Assembly (NCBI GenBank): GCA_043228905.1
Contig: JBHGNT010000055.1
Location: forward strand, 109,371-173,370
Source: Azolla caroliniana
Taxonomy: Eukaryota > Plantae > Polypodiophyta
Reading direction: 5' to 3'
DNA length: 64,000 nt
Translations under genes and position numbers: made by a program
Shown here: positions 23,801 through 35,700 of the stretch, in pieces
Layout: each line of letters opens with the position of its first letter
Numbering within the stretch: the stretch's first letter is position 1
Notes under the pieces: generated by a model
The model's input: the letters and a program-made list of their open reading frames with translations, nothing else
Told to the model about the DNA's origin: nothing
Databases searched by the model: none

Positions 23801-26381
23801 ATAAGCCCACACCTTTCGAGTCGAATCGTCAATAAAACTGACGAAGTAAGAGGCACCGCCGAGAGACTGATGCGGCATTGGGCCACAGACGTCCGAGTGG
23901 ACTAAATCGAGAGGTCTCGTTTCTCTTGGTGCTGATGTCGGGTGTGATGCGGCTGCTTGTTTGCCATACTGGCAATGTTCGCAGAATTGATGGTCCGAGA
24001 AGGAGAGTTTAGGGATGTATCCGGCTCTAGATAGGTGTGTGATGCCGGCCTTGCTGAGGTGTCCTAATCTTCTGTGCCATAGTGATGACACAGGAATATC
24101 CACCAAAAACAGGTTACCCTCTCTGAGCGTAACATGTAACGGATACAGTGAGTGTATCTTGGGTCCTCTAGCAAGCAGGAGGTTCCCCCTGTGGAGTGTC
24201 CACCCTCCCGAAGAAAAACCGGCACGAATGTCGTCTTCATCTAGTTGTCCGACTGAGATCAATGGCCTTGAGAGCTCGGGTACATGTCGGACATTGTGAA
24301 GTACAAGTGTAGAGCCACCTGCAAGGTTGAGCTCTACGGTGCCGATTCCAATGATGTCACAGTGTTGCGAGTTGCCGACTCGAACTGAGTCGGAGTGACG
24401 GATCGTATATTGCCGAAATTGGGATCGATGAGGAGTCACGTGAAATGACGCGCCCGAATCTAAGAGCCATGTGCTCGATTCTTCAGTCGTGAACAGAACT
24501 TCTGATCCGACTGGATTTTCGATTGATAGTATATTCGGGTCGTTTGGTAGTACATCGGCTGAGAAGCTGACGTAATTGATCTCCTCATGCCGGCCACTCT
24601 TCTTGTCTGATTTCTGAGACTTGTCGTTCTTGTTCTTGAGTGCGCAGCAGTCGGCTTTGATATGTCCGGGTTTCTTGCAATAGTTGCAGATTCGATTATC
24701 CCGTGACTGGCTCCGTCTTCGCTGATTGTTCGGCTGCCGTGAGGAATCTCTTCCTCGTATGTTCGATCGGTCTGTCGAACCTTGTACTACGTAAGCGTCG
24801 TCTGTTGAGTCTTTGGCGAAAGACTTTCTCCGAGCTGCTTCGGTCAGGATTGCGCTCGTGACTTCGGAGTATTTAACAGTCGTGGTTGACGCGTTGCACA
24901 CGGTTGTGACGAAAGTTTCCCAGGATGAGGGAAGGCTGCTCATGAGTATCATTGCTCTGAGTTCATCCTCGATTGCCGTCCCCTGAGATGAGATTTGGGA
25001 GCTTATGCTTTCGTACTCATTGAGATGTGCTTGAACCGAATCGGATTCTTTCATCCGCAAGTTGTAGAGGCGCCGGATCAGAAACATCTTAGTTGCAGCG
25101 ACCTTCTTTTCGTAGGTGTCCGACAGTGTTTTCCACAGTTCGAATGTTGTCGTACACGATTGCACCGTAAAGTATACCGATTCCGATAGGTGCATCCGAA
25201 TCGTGGCGCGAACGATTCTGTCCAGCTTCTGCCACTCAATTGGTTTGTATCCTTCTGGAGGTTCTTCATTTTCGATGGGATCGATTTGCCCCTTAACTAT
25301 GAGATAGTCCTGCATTTGCTCCTTCCAGAAGTTGAAGTTCGATCCATCGAACTTTCGTAGACTCATTTCTGACGAGCCGGATGTGGATGCCATCAAATTT
25401 GGTTTCGGTTGACGAAGCTCGGTTCGGAGTCGACTATGAACCTCGTTGGAGTGCAGCCGATTGGCTCACCCGATATCGTTCTAGTCGGATTTGAACCCGA
25501 GTCGGTTCGGCTTCGGATATATGTATTGTTGAACTTGCTCGAATTGACTCCGGTAACTTGAGGGACAGAACCGACTGGTCTTCCCGAGTGTTGCCGAGTC
25601 GGAGTGAGCCCGGTTCGCTTCCGAATATATATGCCAAATACCGATTATTGAAACCGATTGTCTGGACCGATTCTGCTTCGGGTGGCTGCAGCGACGAGAG
25701 AGACGGATCCAACTGATCCTCCCGAATGTCGATCAGCCGGATGAAACACGAATTTGGGTTGTTGTCCTTGAAGTCGTCGTTGTGCAGGAAGCCCACCTCA
25801 AGCAGTTACGATCAGGGAAGTAGAGTACAGCCGACTGGCTTACTCCGAGTGATGATCTAACGCAGCGAGATTCAAGCTTGTGTTTGCCTACTTTCTTCTC
25901 TGTTTCTTCGAATGACGCAAGAGGCCGAATGCTTTGCAGACTAGGATGAAGCGAAAGGCCGAATATTGTGCAGGCTGTGATGAAGCGAAGAACCGAATGC
26001 TGTGCAGGCTGAGACGACGGCCGACAGCGGGATGAAGGACCGAATACTGTGCAGGCTCTGATACCAGATGTTGGGAACAAGGCCGTGTCGATGTGTAGGA
26101 TCAAACACCATTCGATTAGGGTTGAATACCTGCGTATGACAGTTTCTGAGGTCGTGCACAGAGATGGAGAGAAAGAGAGAGAGAGAGAGAGACAGAGGCA
26201 CAAAAGACTCTTTATTCATAAGAAAATAATACAACACCCAACCTTACAAAGAGGTTACTAGGTCACTTTATATAGTGACCGACTTAGGGCAACTACCCTT
26301 TACGCTAATTACACAAATGGCCCAAACTAGAGCTATACAAGGGATAGTGTGAATACGTCCATTATACACTTGTATTCGACA
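20856..26381 (-). mobile_element. Intact, very young Ty1/copia LTR retrotransposon (Tnt1/Tork-like)
   Basis: 313-bp LTRs at 20856-21168 and 26069-26381, with one difference seen. 5-bp TSD TGCCT (20851-55 and 26382-86). iMet PBS at 26055-26066, PPT at 21169-21176, and an uninterrupted gag-pol. Confidence 0.98.
21362..25396 (-). CDS. Copia Gag-Pol polyprotein (gag, zinc knuckle, protease, integrase, RT, RNase H), 1344 aa
   Basis: Motifs in copia order: CNYCKKPGHIKADC; WLLDSGAS; WHRRLGH/CEHC; HSDVCGP...RTDNGGE...AERMN; LDVKTAFLHG, IYVDDM; YTDSDFAG...ADGMTK. Confidence 0.97.
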   Translation of the reverse strand: MMASTSGSSEMSLRKFDGSNFNFWKEQMQDYLIVKGQIDPIENEEPPEGYKPIEWQKLDRIVRATIRMHLSESVYFTVQSCTTTFELWKTLSDTYEKKVAATKMFLIRRLYNLRMKESDSVQAHLNEYESISSQISSQGTAIEDELRAMILMSSLPSSWETFVTTVCNASTTTVKYSEVTSAILTEAARRKSFAKDSTDDAYVVQGSTDRSNIRGRDSSRQPNNQRRRSQSRDNRICNYCKKPGHIKADCCALKNKNDKSQKSDKKSGRHEEINYVSFSADVLPNDPNILSIENPVGSEVLFTTEESSTWLLDSGASFHVTPHRSQFRQYTIRHSDSVRVGNSQHCDIIGIGTVELNLAGGSTLVLHNVRHVPELSRPLISVGQLDEDDIRAGFSSGGWTLHRGNLLLARGPKIHSLYPLHVTLREGNLFLVDIPVSSLWHRRLGHLSKAGITHLSRAGYIPKLSFSDHQFCEHCQYGKQAAASHPTSAPRETRPLDLVHSDVCGPMPHQSLGGASYFVSFIDDSTRKVWAYPIRTKDRVFSIFSDWLAMVENQTDRKLKCFRTDNGGEFKSEEFVKFCRQRGIRREFTAPHSPEQNGIAERMNRTIQERIVSMLQHSGLSDGFWAEALLTAVHIINMSPSRPLGLQIPQELWIGSKPNYDKLRIFGCEAYALIPKDDRRKLAPRSRKCIFLGYGSDGEMGYRLWDPERRQIVRSSDVVFNESAMNPSVEKPIEVRRVTFSDVPTLQEGPALNTRSASRVAEPSTTDSDNSDSAQQNNSLSDHPTSIPDATSPIIPRRSERLSQPPERYSPGIFFTDAGEPTSYEEASTSVDSATWHLAMESEMHSIRANKTWDLVELPKNRRALPCKWVYRLKETSDSTTPKYKARLVAKGFRQEYGVDFDEIFSPVVKMTTLRFLLGVVAADNLELIQLDVKTAFLHGDLEEEIYMEQPKGFVATGQEHLVCRLRKSLYGLKQAPRQWYKKFDDFIQSIGFSKSDEDHCLFTNTAQDGSPIFLIIYVDDMLISGRHAGELADLIRQLRLKFAMKDLGPARHILGMKISRHRDKRHLFLSQTDYIGRVLERFNMKSAKSASTPLPMNLRLSQRDCPTSGPEGEDMKSVPYAPAVGSLMYLMVATRPDISHAVGVVSRFMHNPGRSHLNAVKHVFKYLAGTKDHGILFGPNSTSGVVGYTDSDFAGCIDSRKSTTGYCFKFGNGAISWKSKLQECTATSTTEAEYVAASDAAKEALWLGRLAHTFRQVDHDSAPVVYSDSQGAVALSRNPVHHNASKHIDVRYHFVRDCVISGKIGLEKISTTDNVADGMTKCLSADRFRSLRHQMGVTTNQSG

Positions 26382-27099
26382 TGCCTTGAATCCAATGTAG
26401 TGAGGGAATGCAACCTAACTCAATGTTCTTCTTCACCAACACTCCCAACCTCCATTTTGAGTTCCAACCCATTCAAATCACCAATATCTTTGTCCATTTG
26501 TCCTATGCCTTCGATTATATTGACAGTTTTAAGCTCATCTATGTTTGAACTTTGTCTCTAGTCCACATCACATCTTAGATTTGCTACCCACTCCTCCAAA
26601 CATCCAACTTGCATCGCATTTGTTTGATGTTCCCAAACCCCCAACCAACTCCAAGTTCCCCTTGTGTCCCTACCTCGTCCACAACTTCTTCATTTCCCTT
26701 TTCTCAACCAAACCTCTTTATGTACCCTCTATATAGTTTGTCAACCACTCTCATATGGTACAAACCCATCCTTGATGGCACAATACAACATCTGTATTTT
26801 GATTTTCCTATTTATTGTGTGGGGAAAAGGGAAGGGTTCAAATCTTCTACTTTCATCATTGCAAAAATGTGATTTCACTATTTCCACCTTTGTAAAAGTG
26901 GCCTCGAGGTTGTGTATTATCTCATCTTGGGGCACATGTTCACCAATATTCCTCACACTTTGATGGAGTAGAATATGGCTTTTATGAATTTATGACATGC
27001 ATGAGATTCTTTAAAGAACTTGCTCTAAAGTTATCTCTCATTGTAGGATTGAGAATAACTCAATTATTACCCTTATTTCATTATCAAGCAGTCGACGAC

Positions 27100-29280
27100 T
27101 AACCCTAAGGATAGAGAACTATGGTTTTACCATTATGTGCCATTATGTAACTAACAAGAATTCTAAAGCCTACATGATGCATTCCATTTCATGCACCATA
27201 TTGATGGGGGAAAGTGTTAGTAGGGGTATTTAGCATACACTATTGAGCCTAGATTAATTTGGGGCCTTGATTTAGTTCATTGGCCAAAGAATGCCAATTA
27301 CTATGGCCTCAAGATGCATGGTTTGTGTCGTGGCCTCTATTCCACAAAAGAATTTCAATTACTATTTTGATGTCATCGAGAGTTATTTTCTTCTAATTCA
27401 TTTTGCATCCTATACAATTTAGCTTGTTGATAGTTATGCAATTATAGCTCAATGAATAGATCTCATCGAAATGGTTTGCATCTCTAGAAGCTTCCCATCC
27501 ATTGGTCAATACTTCAATATTGTATTACATCTCTCTACTTACCTTGTCGTGGCTGGAAAGCTTTGTCTTTTAATGGAGGCATGTCGTATCCCATAATATC
27601 TAGAGACTTTTTGCACATTGGTGACAAGTACATTCCATGCATCACATCCACCAACTATAACATGGTCTATGAATTGAGCCAACAATTGTATCATAGATCT
27701 CTAAAATACATTATGGTGAACAAATGAGGAATTAGACCTCAAAGGAGGATTTTCTTAATATGGCAATGAATTGATCCACCAACAATGGTGTAAAATCTAT
27801 GAAAAGTGGACAATAGCTTAAAAGACATGTCTTTGATAATGGTTAGTACCCTTAGTGAAAAATCCAACGTATGCATAATATACATACAATCCAACTACTC
27901 TAGGCACACCTATATTGTGCATATTGAAACATGAATCTAAAAGTCACCCCATTAATCCACTCTTGTCTTTCAAAATCTCCAAGGGAAATTTCCCCCATCC
28001 ATGTAGTTTGGGGCATCAATCAAAGAATGTGGGAGGGAACATAGATTGATCTTCCTCACTACACACCTTAAAGTTCTCAATTGAAAACTTCGGTCTTCCA
28101 TGTTGTTGAGGGACCATCGCTAAAGATTACTATGATAATCTTTGTTCCTGGGACATATTTGATGCATATATTCCTACTAACTAGAGAAGTTCGTCCTCGT
28201 ATATAATTTTGACCACAATATACCAACATTCGGCATTTCTTGTTACAACCTTTGGGACAAACCTTTCCATGGTCGTCATGCTCCAATGCAAGTAAAACAT
28301 CCCAATGATTTTGTAATAATGTACGCCATACTTCACTCGTCTTTAATTGGGAACAAAACCCCCATACATTCCATGTAATTACTTTCATTTCTGTAGGTAT
28401 CTTTGGCCTTATCAATTCCCTCCCCTTGACAACTAAGATTACAACCAACTATTGGAAAAAACTCCCAACACTACCTAAGTCGGGTGGTGTTTCCTAGAAA
28501 GTACAAGTAAAAATCAACCACCCATGACATTTGTTGTTTGCAATTATCCCAAGGAAATTTCACGCTATCATTATTGTTAAAAGAGAACTTTTTAGGAGTG
28601 GCTTGAAATTGATTAGGCATCATGTTATTCAATGCACTCTATGTTGTCATGTCATTAATTTATTATCCTCCATTGTATTCAATCCACTTTGGATGTTCTT
28701 ATTTTGATTGGGATATCCTATCCGTGGGTCTTCATCCATGAAGTGTTTACCTTTATCCTTCGCCACATCATGATCAATTGATTGGCCCATGAATATATGG
28801 TCATTAGACCTTAGAGATTCCCAGAGGATAGTCATGTAAAATTTCCCCAACAGCCCTAGCCTCAGTACAACTCTCCTTTTGCAAACAGTATGTTATGAAG
28901 TAGTCTAAAACACCACATTTTAAACAATGCCCATCAAAGGTAACTCATTGAATGCATGCCAAGGCGACCTATCCTCGACCAAGGGGGGAGGGGCATTTCA
29001 TGTTTGTATTCTAACCAATATATACTTGATATTGATATCGATGTTGTGCATTGCCTTGTGGAGACACAAACACATTGCCCAACTTAGTTATTGCTAGGTG
29101 TAATATGGGCCACATGATTCGATGTAAATGCTCTATTTCCACCAATATGGGGCATTCATGGTTCATGATTTTTTGAAATTCCACCAAAGGCCTTGAAGGC
29201 TCTACGTGTACTATGTGTATCTTGTAAACGAATAAATAGACTCTCATGATGCTCTAGTGAAAGCAAAAGAAGTTTAAAAA
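27100..29280 (-). mobile_element. Decayed L1-like LINE relic (ORF1 fragment and endonuclease N-terminus)
   Basis: MKVITWNVWGF...WDVLLALEH (~28290-28390) fits an AP-endonuclease start. ORF 29011-29247 (PILVEIEHLHRIMWPILHLAITKLGNV) resembles plant LINE ORF1. Many stops; limits approximate. Confidence 0.6.
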
Positions 29281-29747
29281 GACACACGGTTTAGTGTACA
29301 CTATCCTCCACACAAACTTCTTGTATTATTGCATGCATCCATTGTCTAACCCATAATACAATTGGTATTTTCATGATATCTTTACATTGTTTGTTTTCTC
29401 ATAATGGCATGCCTAATTCAAGTATTGCGATTAATACAAGTAAACTTTTTATGTTTCCTCACCTCAACGCTTACAAAACATCCCTTTATACAACAATCCA
29501 TTCGATATAGGGCTGACGTAAAGTTTCAATCTTTCCCAAATTGTCATTATCAAGGGTTTTTGTGATTCGAATCCATTCATGTCTTTATCTGTTGTAAGTT
29601 CTGAACTACCAACCAAACCAGTCACAAAAGCAGCAACAAAAGACCCAAAATCTAACCAAGAGAAGCAAGCATTGCCTTCCCCCGAAGAAGAAGAAGAAGA
29701 AGAAGAAGGTCTTGGAGGAGCCGCGAGCAGTCATAAACAACGAGAGG

Positions 29748-31259
29748 ATGCTTCCGAGTATTGTTTCCCTGGGCGGCGGTGTCATCATCCTTCTGCCGCT
29801 AGTATTATTAATCTTCACCACAACAGCTGCTCCCTCCTCATCTGTTTCTGTTTCTGTTTCTGCTTCTGTTACGGACACTGTTCCTGTCCCCTCGGCTTGG
29901 CCCCTCCAGTTCCACTCCCTTCTCTTCGTAAACACGAGCTCCTTCACTCTGCAAGCGATAGACCTCTGGTACGATTGGCCCAATTCTCGTAACTTTAATA
30001 TCATTCACAAGCAGCTCAACAACACCTTATATGACCTCGAATGGAGCAATGGAACATCCTTCTACTATGACCTTGATGCAGAGACATGTTTTACTCTTCA
30101 TTTCGATGTAGGTATATTGCGTCCTGACTGGATGGTATACAATTCCACATATCTTGGCCAGCAAGATGTCGATGGATTCACTTGCAACGTGTGGAGCAAG
30201 GCTGATTTCATTGTCTACTATGAAGATGTCGAGACCAATCGACCCGTCCATTGGGTCTTCTACACTGGTAATATTATTTTGGGGAAAACTCCAAAATGCC
30301 CCTGACCTTTTCTTCCTTTCTCCAAATGCGTTGTGCTTTAATTTGTTCCAAACAATGCCGCCCTAAGTCAATCAATGGAAGAGGGGAAAATAGGATATTT
30401 AGCTCCATATCTGTAATTCCAAATATAACCACTCTAAATAGGACATTATTGTTTAACATGTTTAGCCCTTGATTTTTAGTCGTATGGATTATTTATCATT
30501 ATGTCATTGTTTAGGATTGTTAATTACTTAATGTGTCACATGGATTAATTTCCTAACATGTCACATGGGTTCTCTTTCTTTTGATTAACTAATTCTTCTT
30601 GATAGTTGTATCATTTGTTATTGTTTAGCATGTTTATTGCTTCTCTTGTTCTTGATCATGAGTTCCCTTGTCTGTCTTGATTGTCTGTCATGGTTTGGCA
30701 TGATTAGCAGTTGAAGTTTTCGTAAACATGACATGGGTTTAGTACCCTAATATGCATTCATTTTCTGTTATTATTTTGCATGATTAATGATTGAAGTTTT
30801 CTATAATCATGACCTTTATTAACTACCCAAAATATATCATCATTGTTTATGGTTCACTGTGTTCAATGTCTGCATGTTCAATCCTGGTTCTTAGTAATAT
30901 GATGACTTCATCTTCGTTTGATTAAGCTATCTTCTGGCAATATTGGCATTATACATTTAATCCTTAAAAGTGCTATAACTTTTGGCTGAAACTAGTTTTG
31001 TGTGTTTAATGTGATAGGGACGTCCGTCCATGTCATGACATTTGAAGTGGGAGCTGTTCTTGAAGATAGTGAATGGCAGGCACCTGCTTATTGTTTTGAT
31101 GGCCAAGAAAACAGTACCACCACCCCTGCTGCCAAGCCATTGACGATGAATGCTGGCAATGAGGAGAAGCAGTTACAGAGATGGCATAACAGCTTGCGAG
31201 CTTCCCTTCGTGATGATACCTTTTTCACTGTCAAGAATGAGCTCAACTTGTACACATAA
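29748..31259 (+). CDS. At4g14100-like uncharacterised secreted protein; exons 29748-30267 and 31018-31259
   Basis: Hydrophobic N-terminus followed by the family motifs [45 protein letters not shown] and HVMTFEVGA...[13 protein letters not shown] intron (30268-31017) keeps the frame (YTG|TSVHV). Confidence 0.9.
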
Positions 31260-32796
31260 AATAATTATGACATTAAACATACTGTATTTGCACACAGTTT
31301 GAATAACTCAATTGCGTATCAGCAAATGGGAAATATATTTTGGGATATGTTGCCTATCACATGGCCTTTTGTGTTTTGTGGCTAAAAGATGTGACACCAT
31401 ACTAGTGTTTATGCTGAAGGAAAGAAATCCTACATGGGCAAGATCATCATCAGCTACCTTGTGTTTTAAACTTGCGTTGGTGAAAAATCGTAAGTAAATC
31501 CCTTCTATTATGTGTTCCCTTGTGCATTGCTGCTCTTGTGTTGATTGTCAGACAAAAAACGGTTTCATGTCCATGGGCAAAGATGAAATACACATATATT
31601 TGGCTGAATTGGAAAGATCTGAAATTGTGAATACATCCTATCGTCAAGTTATCTGTTGAAATCTATGTCCAGCCAGGTTTCGCCCATCTCTCCTTTCGTG
31701 CTATCTAAAGCATATCTTTTATGTGCGTGATTAGCTTTGCTTATTCTTAGTTCGGATGGATTATATAATTATTCCTACTTGAGCATCTTGATTCCTAGTA
31801 AACCAGCTTTTATATATGCATGTATATTTAGAACACTATTCGGGAACTATGGTTATAAAGAGGACATGGATAGAGTTTGGGGATAATGTAGCACCCTAAC
31901 AAAGATCCCTCCAAGCGGTACAACTAGAGGTCTAAATCTAATATGGACATTTAATTGTCAGCATGGATATTAATTTTTCTATAAAAGAGTTCTCGATATA
32001 AAGATGTTATGATTCAGACAGTAATGATAACAAACTACATGTGGGGGACATATCTGTGTATACAAATCTATGTTGATGCTTTGAGGGGAAAGGTGGTAAG
32101 CATCAAGTTCATTCTTTTTGTAGTTGAAAATAATTTCAAATAGCTGTTCTCTCAAGGTATATCCATGTTAGTGGACAAAATGTTGTGGTTCGAATGGTGA
32201 TCTCCATCATTTGAGAGGGTATTGGATGTCCAACAAGTAAAAGGTATCATACATTGGGTATTTTTGGAAATGTTGCTCTTCTTTCCATAAAATTCAGTGA
32301 AGGTCAGACGTCATGTTAAATCTGCCAATCACCTTTCTTACTTTACTTATGGCCACTCAGTTTATCTGATCCCTAGCATTGTTGGCTTCATGTTCACGCA
32401 TTTGCTGATTTTCTTTGAATGTTGGAATCAAGATGTGAGAATAATGTGTAGGATAGTGTGTGATGCCACATGGTCCATTGTTATGCTCAATGATCAACAG
32501 AGATATTGCAACATTCATTTGAATGGAGAGGGGGAGATTGGCATTTGAACAACTCTATAAAATGCATTATCATCTTATTTCTTTATCAACAACTATGTAA
32601 TGCATGATAATTTCTCAATCATTTTATGAGAATATCCATCTAAGTTAACACTATTAACGATGTCACATGTTTATAATGTTGGATGACAATGAAACATGGT
32701 AAATTCCCAATAAAATAAAAGGGTTGAACAATGACGAGAGAGGAATGCACAAAATTAACCATTCTAGGACAATTTTGAATAAAAACACCAACGAAC

Positions 32797-35700
32797 TGTT
32801 GAGAAGCAAGCTCAACAAAGGTATGTGATGCTTATTGAGAAATAAGCTATAGTAGTTATTAGCTAATTAGCTACGGGTGGACATAAAGGTGAACAGCTAT
32901 TTAGCTATGCACAACTATTTAGCTACTGACAACTATTTAGCTATTGACAGCTAATTAGCTGCATATATAAGTCACTTATGTACTTAGGTAAAAAGTAAGT
33001 AGTAAGAAGTAAGAAGAGTAAGAGTGTGAGTAGTGTAGAGAGTAAGAACAGAAAAACAGAAAACAGACAAGAGCGAGTTGAGCTCTGCGTGTAATGAAGT
33101 AGAAGCTTTTTGAACTGTGCAAAGGTAAGCCTCCTTCCCCTTCCCCTTTTCTGTCTTGAGCACTAATCGATCCAGCACACAACGATCCACTGTGCACACA
33201 GAAGAGCCGTAGCGCCTTCGTAACATGGTATCAGAGCTGAGTTGCTCATAAAGAAGATTAGAATAGTACAGATTTGAGAAAGGTTGTTTCTATGCTTATT
33301 GATCTGAATCAGAGAGAGTTGTCTATGAAGTTAACCCTAGTTGAAAGAGAAAATGGCTACAGAGAATGCAAGCCAAATAGTCACAGAAAAACTGGATAAA
33401 AACAATTTCCCGGCGTGGAAATTCAGAATGACAAACTTCCTTATGGGGAAAGGATATTGGGATTATATTGAAGGAGACCTAGAAGAGGCTCCAGAGATCC
33501 CTGAAGAAAATGCATCTACTGCACAGATTAAAGCATTTAAGGAATGGAACCAAGGGGCAAGAAAGGTATTGCATTGGTTGTCACTTAGCATATCAGATTC
33601 GATGCTTGGACACATACAGGATGCTATGCTTCCAAAAGAAGCTTGGGAAAGTTTAGTAAAACTGTTTCCAGTGAATACAAAGGCAAGAAAGCTTCAGTTG
33701 AAGACTAAGCTAAATACCTTGGAAAAAGGTAAGATGTCAGTAAATGAGTATGCTCTGAAAATAAAGAGCATATGTGAATCACTTGCTTCTATCAATGTGA
33801 AGGTAGAAGATGATGATAAGGTGGAAATATGCTTAAGAGGCTTAGGACCTCAATACAAGAGTTTCAAAACATCTATTCTCACAAGGGATAGTATCCCAAG
33901 TTTTCTAGAACTGGTTTCAATGCTTATAGTTGAAGAAAGAAATCAAATGGATGATGTAAACAAAGGAAACTCAGAGAATGAGGGGCAAGCCCTCTACAAT
34001 AGTGCTGGAAGAGGCCGAGGAAGAGGCCATGGAAGATTTGGTTCAGCTAGAACCAACAACAATTATCAAGGAAGAGGACAACATGTTACAAGTGGAAGAA
34101 ACAACATCAGAGGCAAGGGGAGCAATTGAGGAAGAGGTAAGCAAACCTATTTGAATGATGATGGTTGTTGGTATTGTGGAAAACCAGGCCATACACAGGA
34201 CAGGCTGAATGCTATAAAAAGCAAAATGATGAAAAAAGAGGGAAGAGACAGCAAAATAATTATGCCTCAACCAGTGAAGACTGTGATAAAGATGGTGCAT
34301 TTGTGATGCAACATGAAACAGCAGCAGTGGCTGAATGTTCACAGAGATGCAACGAAGAGTTTATGTGGTATGTAGATTCTAGGGCATCTAATCATATGAG
34401 AGGACATAAAAACTGGTTTGAAAGTCTAAGAGAACCAGAGATTCCTGGTTATGTACAGACAGGTGATAATACTACTCACCAAATAAAGCATGTTGGAGAT
34501 ATCCCATTGTGGGAAGAAAAAGGAAAAACAAAGTATATGTTGAATGTTATGCATGTTCCAAACCTTGCAAAAAATCTGATTTCTGTTGGACAGATAGTGG
34601 AGCAAGGAATGCAAGTGAAGTTTAAGCAAAGTGGATGCTTCATAGAGAAAAATGGAAAGCTCATTGCAAAAGGAAAACGAGAAGGAATGATGTTTGTGTT
34701 AGATGTGGATATACCTAGGAAGATTACAACCATGTTTATAGAAGGAATGAGTGTAATCTCAGATGTGGAAATGTGGCATAAAAGAATCGGTCACATAAGC
34801 ATGCAAACTTTGAAAAATATGTTGAGGAAAGATGTAGTGGTTGGACTGCCTAAGCTAAAAAACTGTGAGATGGGAAAAATATGTGAAGCATGTCAATATG
34901 GAAAGCAAAACAGGTTGCCTTTCCCTCATGAAAGACATGTAAGTAAAAATCTGTTGGATTTGGTACATACGGATGTATGGGGACCAACAAAAAATGCATC
35001 AATTAGTGGATGTAAGTTTTATGTAACTTTCATTGATGATTGCTCAAGAAAAACGTGGGTTTACTTCATGAAAGAAAAAAGTGAAGTATTTGATTGTTTC
35101 CGTAAGTTTAAATGCATGGTGGAAAAGCAGGCTGGAACTAGGATAAAATGCTTAAGATCTGATGGAGGAGGAGAGTACTTCTCAAATGAATTTTCTGATT
35201 TTCTATGTAATCAAGGGATAAGGAGATAGTTCACATGTAGATATACTCCACAACAAAATGGAGTTGCTAAGAGAAAAAACAGAACTTTGGTGAACACGGC
35301 AAGGGCTATGATGATTACTGGGCAGAAGCTGTAAACACAACAAACTATATCCTAAATAGATGTATAACATCTAGAGTACATGAAGTAACTCCTAAAGAAT
35401 GTTTCTATGGCAAAAAGCCGAGTTTAGGACACTTAAAAGTGTTTGGATGCCTTGCTTATGTTCATGTACCTGCTGAAGTGAGAAGTAAGCTTGATCCAAA
35501 AGCTGAAAAATGCATTTTTATTGGATATTTAGAGGAGCAAAAAGGGTATAGATGCTATAACCCTTTGACAAAAAAGATTGTGGTAAGTCAGGATGTAATA
35601 TTTGATGAGTTGGGCAGCTGGTACAGCCCAAAACAGAATGCAGAGATTGATGAAGACAATGAAAATGAAGACAGAGATAAATCTGAAAATGTAAGAGATA

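Noticed and set aside
26387-27000. Coding-like decayed sequence to the right of the young copia
   Set aside because: No motif I can assign; it is probably an old TE fragment.
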